In this document: piece by piece, positions 10,355 to 20,646 of the stretch
Layout of the letters: each line of letters starts with the position of its first letter
Position numbering within the stretch: position 1 is the stretch's first letter
Source of the DNA: Spirochaetia bacterium
GTDB taxonomy: Bacteria > Spirochaetota > Spirochaetia > SZUA-6 > Bin103
Assembly: GCA_965203905.1 (NCBI GenBank)
Contig: CBDBDQ010000005.1
Span: forward strand, 5,952,001 to 6,016,000
Reading direction: 5' to 3'
Length of the DNA stretch: 64,000 bases
Translations under genes and position numbers: made by a program
The notes under the pieces: generated by a model
Seen by the model: the letters and a program-made list of their open reading frames with translations, nothing else
Databases searched by the model: none
Told to the model about the DNA's origin: nothing

Positions 10355-11374
10355 ATGGAAACTGCGACAGTAGGCCGTACCGGGGTTCAGGTCACGCCGC
10401 TGGGATTCGGTTGCGCACCGATCGGCGACCTGTTCGTCGCGGTGGGCGAAAGCGGCGCCCGCCAGGTGCTGCAGGCGGCGTGGGATGCCGGCATCCGCTA
10501 CTACGATACCTCTCCCTTCTACGGTCACGGGAAGAGCGAGCACCGGCTCGGGGAGTTCCTGCGCGGGCTGCCGCGCGACCGGTTCACGGTCTCCACCAAG
10601 GTGGGCCGGGTGCTGCGGCCGACCACCGACCGCAGCCGCCTGAGCCAGGAGTACTGGCACCAGCCGCTCCCGTTCACGCTGCACTTCGACTACACCTACG
10701 ACGGCATCATGCGCTCCTACGAGGACAGCCTGCAGCGTCTGGGCCTGGGTTCGGTCGAGCTGCTGGTGATCCACGACCTCGACCTGCTGTTCCATCCCCC
10801 CGAACGGATGGCGGCGCTGCAGATCGAGCTGGCCACCAGCGGCTGGCGCGCGCTGGAGGAACTGCGCAGCAGCGGCGCGGTACGCGGCGTCGGCGCCGGC
10901 ATCAACTCCGTCGGGCTGATTCCCCGCTTCCTCGACCTGCTGGACCTGGACTTCTTTCTCGTCGCCCAGGACTACAACCTGCTCGACCACGACGTCCTGG
11001 ACCAGGACTTCCCGCGCTGCGAGGCCGCCGGCGTGGCGATCATCGTCGGCGCCCTGTTCGCCTCCGGCATCCTGGCCACCGGCGGCCGTGGCGGTGCCAC
11101 CTACCGCTACGCCGAGCCCCCGCCCGAGGTGCTGCAGCGGGTGCAGGCCATGGAAGCGGTCTGCCGCCGCCACGGCGTCGACCTGGCCACCGCCGCGGTG
11201 CAGTTCCCCCTCGCCCATCCGCTGGTTGCCGCGGCGATCCCCGGCGCCACCCGCCCCGAGTACGTCACCGGCAACGTGCAGCGGCTGCAGACCCCGGTGC
11301 CCGCCGACCTGTGGGCCGAGCTGAAGAGCGAAGGCCTGCTGCGCCCCGACGCACCGGTGCCGGGAAGCAAGTGA
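10355..11374 (+). CDS. Aldo/keto reductase (D-threo-aldose 1-dehydrogenase-like)
   Basis: LGFGCAPIG, GIRYYDTSPFYGHGKSE, STKVGR, FDYTYDG, IHD motifs. Confidence 0.9.
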   Translation: METATVGRTGVQVTPLGFGCAPIGDLFVAVGESGARQVLQAAWDAGIRYYDTSPFYGHGKSEHRLGEFLRGLPRDRFTVSTKVGRVLRPTTDRSRLSQEYWHQPLPFTLHFDYTYDGIMRSYEDSLQRLGLGSVELLVIHDLDLLFHPPERMAALQIELATSGWRALEELRSSGAVRGVGAGINSVGLIPRFLDLLDLDFFLVAQDYNLLDHDVLDQDFPRCEAAGVAIIVGALFASGILATGGRGGATYRYAEPPPEVLQRVQAMEAVCRRHGVDLATAAVQFPLAHPLVAAAIPGATRPEYVTGNVQRLQTPVPADLWAELKSEGLLRPDAPVPGSK

Positions 11375-12594
11375 TGACGCGCGAGTTCCATGAATTGATC
11401 GAGCGCGCTAATGAGTTGCATAAGAGACACCGCGTCGGGGAACATGAAGACGGCTTTAACGTCTTTTCGGTACTTCTTAACGAAACCGACGAAGTGAATC
11501 TCCATTCTAAGTTCATTGCAGCATTGTTACAGCACAATCCTTATACAACAGCCGGGAACCTTGATGAATTCTTACGTCAAGTACTTGGAATCAACGGTTT
11601 TGACCGCACGCGCGCGACTATTCGGAGAGAGTACCTCGATATCGATATTCTAATAAGTAACGTAGCCAGCAGACAAGCAATCGTTATCGAAAACAAGATC
11701 CTCGCTGAAGATCAGCAAGAGCAATTGATTCGATACCACCAAGCATTAAAATCACAGGGATTCTCCGAAATATATCTTGTATATCTTACTCTCGACGGGC
11801 GAGCACCATCGAGCCAAAGTGTTGGTGACCTAACGTGTAAACGAATCTCCTACAAGGATGACATTTTGCCTTGGTTGAAGTACTGCCAACAACGCGCTCA
11901 GAATATACCATCGCTGCGTGAAACGATAGCTCAATATATACGAACCGTCAAGGTATTAGCCGGTACGAACAGAGAGGGAGTTTATATGCATGACTTGAGT
12001 GAATTGTGTCTTCAGGATGACAACCTTCTTCTCGTCCATGATTTGAACCAGGCGGCGAAGCAGGCACGAATTCGATTGCTTCGCTGTCTTTGGGTGGAAA
12101 TAGAGGATGCCCTGCACCGTGCGATACCTGGAATCTCTAAGGGATCATGGACGGTCGTAATGCAGGGAAACCCAGTTGCTACTGGGGAACCAACAGATGG
12201 CCCAGATCTTGTACGATTCCTAGACAAACAAGGAGCGGAGTTGGTCCTTAGGTTTCCGTTATCGGAAGTCTTTGGCGCAGGAATTGGTGCCGATAAGGCG
12301 GGGACGACGTACTTCGGAGTGTACTGCCATCAAAATCATCAAGAACAGCACGAACGCCTTCGGTTAACATTCGGTTCCGTCAACAATAAGGATTCTAGTT
12401 ATCGTTGGCCTTGGTATCAGTATAGCGAAGAAAATCTAAGTCAGAAATACCCAACAAGGGAACAACTCATGATGCTATTGAGGCGCGACGAACGGTCTCG
12501 CCATGCAAATGAGATAGCGACAATCTTCAAAGACCTCGTTTGGGACAGACTCCCGACTGCCGAACAAATAAATCCGTTAATCGAGGACTTATGA
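11374..12594 (+). CDS. PD-(D/E)XK nuclease family protein (PDDEXK_4-like)
   Basis: EVNLHSKFIAALL, REYLDIDILI, IVIENKI.A.DQ.EQL.RY, VYLTLDG; visibly AT-richer than flanks. Confidence 0.8.
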   Translation: MTREFHELIERANELHKRHRVGEHEDGFNVFSVLLNETDEVNLHSKFIAALLQHNPYTTAGNLDEFLRQVLGINGFDRTRATIRREYLDIDILISNVASRQAIVIENKILAEDQQEQLIRYHQALKSQGFSEIYLVYLTLDGRAPSSQSVGDLTCKRISYKDDILPWLKYCQQRAQNIPSLRETIAQYIRTVKVLAGTNREGVYMHDLSELCLQDDNLLLVHDLNQAAKQARIRLLRCLWVEIEDALHRAIPGISKGSWTVVMQGNPVATGEPTDGPDLVRFLDKQGAELVLRFPLSEVFGAGIGADKAGTTYFGVYCHQNHQEQHERLRLTFGSVNNKDSSYRWPWYQYSEENLSQKYPTREQLMMLLRRDERSRHANEIATIFKDLVWDRLPTAEQINPLIEDL

Positions 12595-12992
12595 AGTTCG
12601 TAGAACTCATTGTACGAGCACCTTGGCGGGAGGCGGTGACCTACCGTGACACTTGGCCTCATGAGTATGTCATGGTGAAGAAGGACCGGCAGCAGGAGCT
12701 GTTCGAGGCCGTACGCGCACGGATGGCTGCCGGTGAAGGCTTGCAGGGTTGGTTCTTCAACTTCACCACGACCTATCTGTTCGTGGGCGAGTACAAGTAC
12801 TGGTTCATGACTCCACACGATCAGATCGATCTCGATGCCACGGAAGATGACTTTGTGCTGAACCGGGCGCGACTCTATCGTGACCGCCGCGACTTTCGCA
12901 TTCAGCCGGGCGATACCGGGCGGCCCGAGGACTACCCCGGCCCTCCACATCGGACTACGCCTCGACGGATTATGGAGGGAAGCAGTGGCTGA
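12591..12992 (+). CDS. Hypothetical protein
   Basis: ATGA overlap with upstream gene; WREAVTYRDTWPHEYV...YLFVGEYKYWFM reads as real coding sequence. Confidence 0.6.
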   Translation: MKFVELIVRAPWREAVTYRDTWPHEYVMVKKDRQQELFEAVRARMAAGEGLQGWFFNFTTTYLFVGEYKYWFMTPHDQIDLDATEDDFVLNRARLYRDRRDFRIQPGDTGRPEDYPGPPHRTTPRRIMEGSSG

Positions 12993-14103
12993 CTCGGCAG
13001 AACGCAACATGATGGATTCACGTGATCGATGCCGCGGGACCATGGTTGGTCTTGCCGTAGGCAACCTCTTGGGTATACGCCAGGAAGGAGAACCTCGCGC
13101 ACTGCTCCGTCAGTGGTACCCCGAGGGAATCCGCGAGATCGAAGCGTCACCCGGTTACCCGGACGATGACGATCTTGCTCAGGCGATCATCCTTGCCGAG
13201 GCCAGCATCGCGGCTGAAGCGCTGGACGTGGAGGACCTCGCGCAGCGGTTCTGGGTCTGGGGCGAAGAAAACGGCCTCGGTATGGGCGGGCTTACGCACG
13301 AGGTGTTGGCTCGCTTCGGCGGAGCGCCGCCGGAACGGATGGCCAGAAACCGGGTGCTTTTTGGGGGAGCCGGTACGCGCGGCGCGAGACCAGTGCCACG
13401 TCAGCCGGCGGGTCGCCCTGCCCTTGACGCGGCTCGGGAGGTATGGGAGGAGTCAGGAGAAACGGCAGCGGGAAACGGTGCCGTCATGCGTTGTGCACCA
13501 GTCGCTATCCGCTGGATGTATGACGAGACCGAGTTGGTTCGGAATACCGTCGCGAGTGCAGTTGCTACGCACTACGACCCGCGCTGCGTGTGGTCCTCGG
13601 TGGTCGTGAACCTGTCCCTCGCAACGCTCTTGAAGGGAGCCGAGGTCGATGCGTCAGATCTCGTTCCTCGCGGTCGCAGCGCGATGGAAACGATCGGCGC
13701 GGCGCTGGCTCCGTTCGGGCACTCGGAAGACACCTTGGATGCTCCGGCAGAGGTACTGGACGCCATCCGTGGCACACCTGGGCCTGATCTCGGCGCGATG
13801 AAACTCGACGGTGGCGACATGGGCTACACCCTGAAAGCGATGCAGGTAGCTCTGTGGTGTGCTCGGGAAGCCAAGGACTTCGAGGAAGCCCTGATTGCCG
13901 TGGTCAGTGCCGGCGGCGACACCGATACCAACGGGGCGGTTGCGGGGGCAGTGCTGGGCGCCCGTTTTGGCAACGGCGCGATTCCGTCTCGCTGGAAGGA
14001 ACGTGTCGCAACGCTTCGCGCAGGCCGGGTACCGATGAAGGATTGGGCCGACCTCATCCTGGCGGCGGCAGCGAAGCATATCCCCGACGCTCCTGGGCGC
14101 TGA
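12985..14103 (+). CDS. ADP-ribosylglycohydrolase family protein
   Basis: GLAVGNLLG, PDDDDLAQA, AGNGAVMRCAP, GGDTDTNGAVAGAVLGA; GGAGG RBS before GTG. Confidence 0.88.
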   Translation: MADSAERNMMDSRDRCRGTMVGLAVGNLLGIRQEGEPRALLRQWYPEGIREIEASPGYPDDDDLAQAIILAEASIAAEALDVEDLAQRFWVWGEENGLGMGGLTHEVLARFGGAPPERMARNRVLFGGAGTRGARPVPRQPAGRPALDAAREVWEESGETAAGNGAVMRCAPVAIRWMYDETELVRNTVASAVATHYDPRCVWSSVVVNLSLATLLKGAEVDASDLVPRGRSAMETIGAALAPFGHSEDTLDAPAEVLDAIRGTPGPDLGAMKLDGGDMGYTLKAMQVALWCAREAKDFEEALIAVVSAGGDTDTNGAVAGAVLGARFGNGAIPSRWKERVATLRAGRVPMKDWADLILAAAAKHIPDAPGR

Positions 14104-14142
14104 CTATCGACCTCGGTCGCCGATGGATGCCCGCTGTGAGCC

Positions 14143-14922
14143 TCAGCCGGCCTCGTCGGGTGGGCGGATCCAGAAGTGTTCCAGATGGTAGGTGGGTTGC
14201 CAGCCGAGAATGCGGCCGGTCTTTTCACTGGAAAACTTGGTGTGGGGAGTGGGCGGGAACACGAAGAAGGTCTCGCAACGTGAGGGAAGCCGGACCAGTT
14301 CCACCTCCAACGCGGCCCGGATGGCGCTGCCGACATCGGGCCAGGCGACGAAGAAGGGTTGCTCCAGGTCCTGCCCCAACTGCAGCCTGGGTCCGGTGTT
14401 GTCCGGCCTCAGCCACCAGCTTCCCGGCACCCGCATCCCCATGAACAGCAGGGTCTGCACGAACAGGTCGTGGTTCTCGCTGAACACGCGCAGCACCTCC
14501 TGGCCGAGGGCCTTGGTCAGCGCATACAGCCGGGTCCCGGGCGCCGGGGGCATGTCCGGGCTGAGGGCGAAGTCCCACTCCTCGTACTGCGGCCCGGCGA
14601 CCTGAAAGTGGGGACCGGTGTTGACGATGCGGCGAATGCCGTGGCGCACCGCGGCCACGGCCAGGTTGTAGTTTCCGCGCAGGCTGACCGCGAACGCCTG
14701 CCGGTTCTCCTCGCGCAGCACCGACAGGTTGATGATGGCGTCCATCCCCTTGGCCGCGTCCACCACGCCGTCGAGGTCGGCCACGTCCAGATGCCGGTAC
14801 TCGTGCGAGAACCCGGCCGGCGGGTCGTTGATGTCGGTGACGCGCAGCGTGTGACGGCCTTCGAGCGCCGCCACCGCCCAGGGGCCCATTATGCCGTTGC
14901 CGCCCAGGATCAGCACCTTCAC
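14143..14922 (-). CDS. NAD-dependent epimerase/dehydratase (uronate dehydrogenase-like)
   Basis: GGNGIMG Rossmann motif, YALTK (YxxxK). Confidence 0.8.
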   Translation of the reverse strand: MKVLILGGNGIMGPWAVAALEGRHTLRVTDINDPPAGFSHEYRHLDVADLDGVVDAAKGMDAIINLSVLREENRQAFAVSLRGNYNLAVAAVRHGIRRIVNTGPHFQVAGPQYEEWDFALSPDMPPAPGTRLYALTKALGQEVLRVFSENHDLFVQTLLFMGMRVPGSWWLRPDNTGPRLQLGQDLEQPFFVAWPDVGSAIRAALEVELVRLPSRCETFFVFPPTPHTKFSSEKTGRILGWQPTYHLEHFWIRPPDEAG

Positions 14923-15593
14923 AGCTCACCTCCGGCTGCAGTCGTTGCGGGGAACCCCAGCACCTGCTCCGCCGCCCGCATCAGGTAGCGGGCTCCCGGC
15001 AGTGGCGACTGCACGTGTAGTTCCTGCCACTGTGCCAGCTCGGCCCGCAGCGCGGCGGCCACGGCGGTCACCGCATCCTCCGAGGCGATCGCCGCCGATC
15101 CGTGCTCGTCGTTGAGGGCGCTGCGGGGGCCGATCACTTCCGGGAAGCCCAGGCGCAGGGTTGCGACCTGCAGCAGGCGGTCGCGGGCCACCTCCTTGGC
15201 CACCACCTCGCCCAGGTGGCAGGCAAGCAGCGCGGGGTCGCCGCTCGGCGGCCGCGAGCGCCACTTTTCGGTGACCGCGAGGTGGGCCGGCAGCGCCGCC
15301 AGCAGGCGTAGCGTGCTCACGAAGACACAGCGCTCGACGCCGGCCTCCGCGGCCGCCAGCAGCAGGTTGTAGGTGCGGCGGGTGGCGTGGTCGAGCAGCT
15401 CGCTCGCATTGCCGTCGGAGCGCGGGTAGCCGAAGTGGACCACGGCGCGCACGTCCTGCACCAGGGCGGCGGTGGCCGAGCCGGGCTCCAGCGGCTCGTC
15501 CCGGCGCGTGCGCCGCACCTCGTGCTCCGCCTCCAGGCCGGTGGCGACGGCCCCGGCAAGGGGAGTGTCGCTATTGGTAACCAGAACTGTCAT
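14919..15593 (-). CDS. NAD-dependent epimerase/dehydratase-like protein (degenerate motifs)
   Basis: TYNLLLAAAEAGVERCVFVST; translationally coupled within the operon. Confidence 0.65.
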   Translation of the reverse strand: MTVLVTNSDTPLAGAVATGLEAEHEVRRTRRDEPLEPGSATAALVQDVRAVVHFGYPRSDGNASELLDHATRRTYNLLLAAAEAGVERCVFVSTLRLLAALPAHLAVTEKWRSRPPSGDPALLACHLGEVVAKEVARDRLLQVATLRLGFPEVIGPRSALNDEHGSAAIASEDAVTAVAAALRAELAQWQELHVQSPLPGARYLMRAAEQVLGFPATTAAGGEL

Positions 15594-16423
15594 CGGTCGA
15601 ACCTCGCAAGGGTACGCAGATATGCGGCCGATCGGGCCGCTGCTTCGCTGGCGCCGCGCAGTCCCGCGAACGCCTGATGGATGGTGACGTAGCCGGCGTA
15701 AGAGATCTCCTCGAGGGTCTCGAAGATCGCAGGGAAGTCGAGCCCGCGGGGATCCCACATCGGCACGTGGTGGAAGGTGAACGGCCCACGCGCCCAGGTG
15801 TCGGCCGTTTCCGGGCCGTCCGCGGCGGCGCGCTGGTTCTGCAGGTAGACATTGAACAGGTGGGGCGCAAGCCGGCGGATCGTGGCGGCGCCGTACTGCT
15901 CGCGGCAGGTCTCCAGGTTGGCCGGCTCATAGATGATGCCGAAGTTGCGGCGCCCGACCCGGCGCACCACCTCCAGCGCCAAGTCCACCTGCTCGAACAG
16001 GCTGCGGGTGTGGCACTGGTGGGCCAGCCGCATGCCTCGCTCGGCGGCCTCGTCGGCGGCGCGTTGCGCGTGCGGGATGTCGAGCGCGCTCTTCATCGAG
16101 ATGCGCAGCAGGTCGGCATCCAGCGCCGCAGCCAGGTCCAGGTAGGGGGTGATGTTGCGCAGCGCGGCGGGGGACTGGTCGCTGTTCTGGGGGATCGGGA
16201 AATCCCCGGTCACCATGGAGACCGCCAGCCCCCGGCCCCGGATCTGCTCCGCGGCCGCCCGCACCTCGTCCGGCGGAGTGTGTATCCCGACCTGGGAGGC
16301 GCGCATGCACAGTGCCGCGTAGCCGTGCTCCACGGCCAGGTCCGCCAGCCCCTCCAGCGCCATGGTGGCCCTGGTCTTGTCGCTGAAGGACTCGGCTACC
16401 CGTACTGAAAGCGACAGTTTCAT
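15590..16423 (-). CDS. Sugar phosphate isomerase/epimerase (xylose isomerase-like TIM barrel)
   Basis: LAHQCH, NFGIIYEPAN, NVYLQN, GLDFPAIFETL..Y.GYVTIH. Confidence 0.8.
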   Translation of the reverse strand: MKLSLSVRVAESFSDKTRATMALEGLADLAVEHGYAALCMRASQVGIHTPPDEVRAAAEQIRGRGLAVSMVTGDFPIPQNSDQSPAALRNITPYLDLAAALDADLLRISMKSALDIPHAQRAADEAAERGMRLAHQCHTRSLFEQVDLALEVVRRVGRRNFGIIYEPANLETCREQYGAATIRRLAPHLFNVYLQNQRAAADGPETADTWARGPFTFHHVPMWDPRGLDFPAIFETLEEISYAGYVTIHQAFAGLRGASEAAARSAAYLRTLARFDR

Positions 16424-16443
16424 CGGCATCACGGTACCCCGAC

Positions 16444-17589
16444 TCAGATGCTCAGGTTGCGCAGGTGGTAGTTCCTGACGATGGTCGCGCGCGCCGTCTC
16501 GTTCCAGCGGTTGGCCGCCCCCTCACCTTCCAGCGGCCGGTAGCGGTAGGGCTCCTCGTCGGGGAACCGCTGCCGGCGCGCGTCGATCGCCACCGCGATC
16601 ATGCGCGAGCGCTGGCGGATGTACTCCGCGTCGTACTCCACGTACTCCCCTTGCCGCTCGCGACGCACCCCGAGCACCGAGGAGCGGCGGTGAAACCCGA
16701 AGTTGAGCGTCACCCGCAGGTCCGGCGAGGTGTTGGCGAACGAAGCGTGCAGCGTCTGCCGATTGCACATCACCACGTCGCCGGCGGCCGCGATCAGCGG
16801 CACCGCCCCTGGCAGGCGCACGTCGCCGCCGTTGGCGGCCACCCGGGCCCGGATGTCGATCTTGCCTTCGCGGTGGGAGCCGGGGATCACCCACAGCCCG
16901 TTGCGCGGCGTGCTGCCGTAGAGCTGGGCCAGGAAGTTGAAGCCGTGGGTATCCTGGTCGAGGTCGGGGCTGTCCCAGTGCGTGGTTCCGTCCTGGTGCC
17001 AGGCGATGGAGGCTCCCAGCCCGGGCTGCTTGACGAAGATCGACTCCGAGAACGGGGTGAAGTCCTCCCCGTTGATCTGCTCGGCCACGCGCAGCAGCCG
17101 CGGGTGCCCGTACAACCGCAGAAACGAATCGCCGAGCTGCAACTGCGAGGCGATGTTGTACACCACGTACGCCGGGGCGCCGGCAGCCGGCTCCGGCTCC
17201 TCCATCTTCACCTCGTGGCGTCCGCTGTTGCGTGAGGTGCCGCCGAACGGATCGCTCAGCGGCCGCGTCAGCGCGAACATCGGCCCCACCAGGTCGGCGC
17301 CCGCGGCGGGCCGCCCGCGCGCATCCGTCTGCGCGTCCGGCGCCACCGGCGCGCGCTCCAGCAGCCGCTCCACGTCGGCGCGCAGCTCGGCGAGCTCCTC
17401 GGCGCCGATCACTCCTTCGAGGATGTAGAACCCACAGCTCCGATAGGCGTTGATGATCTCCTCGTGCACGCTGCCGTCGGCGTCGAACCGCAGCGGGCCG
17501 CGGTTGCCCAGCCCGTGCGCGCGGCGCTCTCCCGCGGCCAGGTAGTCCGTCTCCGAGGGACGGCCGGAACCATCTTCGCGCGTCATCAT
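16444..17589 (-). CDS. Phytanoyl-CoA dioxygenase family protein
   Basis: AWHQD, NGLWVIPGSH, GDV...LHASFAN. Confidence 0.88.
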   Translation of the reverse strand: MMTREDGSGRPSETDYLAAGERRAHGLGNRGPLRFDADGSVHEEIINAYRSCGFYILEGVIGAEELAELRADVERLLERAPVAPDAQTDARGRPAAGADLVGPMFALTRPLSDPFGGTSRNSGRHEVKMEEPEPAAGAPAYVVYNIASQLQLGDSFLRLYGHPRLLRVAEQINGEDFTPFSESIFVKQPGLGASIAWHQDGTTHWDSPDLDQDTHGFNFLAQLYGSTPRNGLWVIPGSHREGKIDIRARVAANGGDVRLPGAVPLIAAAGDVVMCNRQTLHASFANTSPDLRVTLNFGFHRRSSVLGVRRERQGEYVEYDAEYIRQRSRMIAVAIDARRQRFPDEEPYRYRPLEGEGAANRWNETARATIVRNYHLRNLSI

Positions 17590-17619
17590 CGGAAGCCTGC
17601 GATAGTGTTCACTCGCGGG

Positions 17620-19731
17620 TCAATCGGCTGACCGGCGGCGATACTCGATCGCCACGACCTCATCGGGCACGAATCGACGCCAGGAGCGCGCGTAGCGGGG
17701 CACCATCGGGTCAGCCCCGGGACCGGTGAGCTCGAACAACAGCCGGCAGAAATCGCCACGGGTGATACGCTCGGGAATCTCGATGGCGGAAACCGGCAAT
17801 TCCACGAGCATGTCCTCGTCCAGTTCCTGCCGCAAGTTCTCGACCATCGTTTCGGTCCCCGCGTATTTCGCAATGTGCCTCTCGCGGATGGTTTCCAGCG
17901 CTTCCCCCAGGAGTCGCCGCAGGTCGTCGGACTCGATGGGACCATCGTCGCCGGCCGTCAGCGCGTGCAGTTCACGCACCGTCTGCATCGGGTCGTAGTC
18001 TCCAGCCTGCACCCGCAGGGCGGCTTGCAGCCAGATCGCCGCGGTGCGGCGGCCCAGGGGATCCCGCGGGCGGGCGTCGTAGCCGGCGAAGAACCCCTGC
18101 GTGCCGAAATACTGCACCGCCGCGACCCAGGCCTCGCGGCTGGCGACCTCGACGTCGTTGCAGAAGCTCACCATCACCCCCGACTCCGCCAGGGTGCATA
18201 CCAGGTGCTGGCGGTCCACGTCCGCCGGCGCCGTTCCCGCGCGCCGCGCCAGGACCAGGGCCCAGCCGGCAGCCTCGCCGATGTTCATCCAGGTCGGTTC
18301 CAGCCGGATGGTGTTCCAGCCGATGTGGGTGGAGGAAACGCAGTTCACCACCAACAGGTTGTCCAGCTCCCGCGGCAGCAGCGCTTCGTACGGCACCATG
18401 CCGGGGAAGGTATCCATGTGCAGGGTCACCTTGCCCTCGTGACGGCTGTCGCCGTGGCGCTCGAACGAGCACGCGTGGGAGTCGATGTACCACTCGGTGG
18501 CCGCGATCGAGGTGGCGTGCACCGGTGCCCGCTCCAGGCCCGGGACCAGGAACGCGTCGTGGCCGGTGAAGCGGTAACGGCCGTCCAGGCGCCGGGTCTC
18601 GCGCGCGTAGATCTCGTAGGGCCGATGATCGTTGTCGGCGAACTCGTCCGCCGCCAGGCCCCACGACTGCCAGCGCCTGCGGGTCTCCTCCGCTACCGAC
18701 GGATCGGTGCGCAGGAAGTAGAGGCAGCCCTGCAGAGCCTCCCAGTGGGCCTCGATGATGCGCTCCCGCTGCGCCCAGTCCGCCTCCGGATACGCGGTCT
18801 GCTCCCCCACGAGCTGCGGCCGGTTGACGCGCAGCTTGCGGTTCGGCATGGCCGTCTCCATGATCGAGGGGTGCTCCAGAGCGGCGATCCGGTCGCGGTC
18901 GTAATCCGCGGGCCGCTCCACGGGAAGCTGGTTCTCCGGATCGTCGGTGATCATCATGCGCAGGTTGTAGCCCTGGACCAGGTCGTCTCCGGCGCCGGTG
19001 TCAGGCGCATCAAGCACCTCGAAGTAACCGGGAAAGCGGCGCAACCGCAGCCGGTCGTGCAGCTCTCCGGCACGCGCCGCCTCCGGGGTGGGCGGTTGCG
19101 CCGCCGGGCGCACGAAGATGCGCCCGGCGTAGGGCTCCCCGTGCTCCTCCTGCGACTCGCGCCCGGTCCGATAGGCGCAGCCGGCGAGGGCCATCAGGTC
19201 GCCCTCGTAGCTGGCGTCGACGAACGCGTCAGCCCGCACCGTCACCTGCTCGTCACCGGCGCCGCCGCGGGCCGCATCCGCATACGGGCGAAAGGTGACG
19301 CTGGAGATCCTGCGTCCCTCCCGCTGCACCGTGGCCGGCGCCATGCGCCGCAGCACCCGGATGCGCGCCTCGCGGGCCACCAGCCCCTCGAGCACCTCCC
19401 GCGCCACGCTGGCCTCGAAGTTGCCATTGGAGTGCCCGCGCGGGCCGGGCAACGCCGCGTGGTACTGGGCCGAGTGATGTCCGTAGCGCTCGCGGTAGTA
19501 GTCGAACAGCGCCTGGCGCAGTTCGTCGTAGATCGGCGCCCGGCTGCCCTCCCACTGCGTGTCCCACACGCACAGCCCCGACGTGAGCATCCCGCCCAGG
19601 TGCGGCGTATGGGTAACCACCACCACTTCCATCCCCTCGCGCGCCGCGCGAATGGCGCAGGCCAGCCCCGCGGGGGCGCCCGAGTACACGCACAGGTCGG
19701 TGCTCACCTGCCCCGCCAACTTCACCGCCAT
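17620..19731 (-). CDS. FAD-dependent oxidoreductase
   Basis: PAGLACAIRAAREG, HLGGMLTSGL, FVDASYEGDLMALAG, YARETRR, IRLEPTWMNIGEAAG. Confidence 0.85.
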   Translation of the reverse strand: MAVKLAGQVSTDLCVYSGAPAGLACAIRAAREGMEVVVVTHTPHLGGMLTSGLCVWDTQWEGSRAPIYDELRQALFDYYRERYGHHSAQYHAALPGPRGHSNGNFEASVAREVLEGLVAREARIRVLRRMAPATVQREGRRISSVTFRPYADAARGGAGDEQVTVRADAFVDASYEGDLMALAGCAYRTGRESQEEHGEPYAGRIFVRPAAQPPTPEAARAGELHDRLRLRRFPGYFEVLDAPDTGAGDDLVQGYNLRMMITDDPENQLPVERPADYDRDRIAALEHPSIMETAMPNRKLRVNRPQLVGEQTAYPEADWAQRERIIEAHWEALQGCLYFLRTDPSVAEETRRRWQSWGLAADEFADNDHRPYEIYARETRRLDGRYRFTGHDAFLVPGLERAPVHATSIAATEWYIDSHACSFERHGDSRHEGKVTLHMDTFPGMVPYEALLPRELDNLLVVNCVSSTHIGWNTIRLEPTWMNIGEAAGWALVLARRAGTAPADVDRQHLVCTLAESGVMVSFCNDVEVASREAWVAAVQYFGTQGFFAGYDARPRDPLGRRTAAIWLQAALRVQAGDYDPMQTVRELHALTAGDDGPIESDDLRRLLGEALETIRERHIAKYAGTETMVENLRQELDEDMLVELPVSAIEIPERITRGDFCRLLFELTGPGADPMVPRYARSWRRFVPDEVVAIEYRRRSAD

Positions 19732-19983
19732 GGATCGCAATGATGCACGCCCTCGGTACCGCTGCAACCCGCCGCGCCGCGGGTGCCGCGGGTTCGCGGA
19801 ATCTCAACGACCGGCGGCAGCTTCGGCAGCTCCCCTGCGTCTGAAGCGTTGTGCGCCGCGTGCGACCTGGGGTCACCGGTTGCCGGTCGCCGCGGGTTGA
19901 AGCGCCAGCGACCGCGGCCCGTTGTATCCTGACATGAACGACACGAGGAATCGTGATGTACAGCTCGCCGCCGAGAGGGTAGG

Positions 19984-20583
19984 ATGGCGGGCGTGACGGT
20001 AGCGTTCGACACCCTCAAGGCGGCGACCCGGTTGCAGGAAGAAGCGGGCTTCGACCAAACCAAGGCACGGGTGCTGGTGTCGACCTTTGCCGAGGGACTG
20101 GTCGAGAACCTCGCCACCAAGGACGACATCGCAGGCCTTCGTCATGAGTTCACGACCCTTCGTCGTGAGATCACGACCCTTGCCACCAAGGAAGATCTCG
20201 CAACCCTGCGCGGCGAGATGAAGCAGATGCATTCCGGTCTGCATGGCGAGATTACCGATTCGCGCGGCGAGATGAAACAGAGGTATACCGATCTGGATGC
20301 CAAGATGCATCAGATCGATGCCAACCTGCGCGGCGAGATGAAGCAGATGCATTCCGATCTGCATGGCGAGATTACCGATCTGCGCGGCGAGATGAAACAG
20401 AGGTATACCGATCTGGATGCCAAGATGCATCAGATCGATGCCAACCTGCGCGGCGAGATGAAGCAGGCGGATGCCAACCTGAGCAGCAAGATCAGCAAGG
20501 TCCAGGAGCGGCTGACGGTGCGCCTGGGAGGGGCTGTCGCTGCTGCGGTGGCGATACTGGTGGCCGTAGACAAGCTGTTGTAG
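19984..20583 (+). CDS. DUF1640/CCDC90-like coiled-coil membrane protein
   Basis: AFDTLKAATRL..AGF, LATK.D, coiled-coil repeats, C-terminal TM. Confidence 0.8.
   Translation: MAGVTVAFDTLKAATRLQEEAGFDQTKARVLVSTFAEGLVENLATKDDIAGLRHEFTTLRREITTLATKEDLATLRGEMKQMHSGLHGEITDSRGEMKQRYTDLDAKMHQIDANLRGEMKQMHSDLHGEITDLRGEMKQRYTDLDAKMHQIDANLRGEMKQADANLSSKISKVQERLTVRLGGAVAAAVAILVAVDKLL
20205..20466 (+). repeat. In-frame 120-bp tandem duplication (~2.2 units)
   Basis: Lines at 20221/20341 differ at 3 positions and 20281/20401 are identical. Confidence 0.9.
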
Positions 20584-20646
20584 GCCCGCGTATTTGCATC
20601 GGCACTGCTCGCGACAAGCAGACCACGGCGCGGTAGTATCGGCGGG

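Noticed and set aside
10255-11373. N-terminal extension of the 779-aa track ORF
   Set aside because: Overlaps the aldo/keto reductase in another frame; the real nuclease start is ATG 11374.
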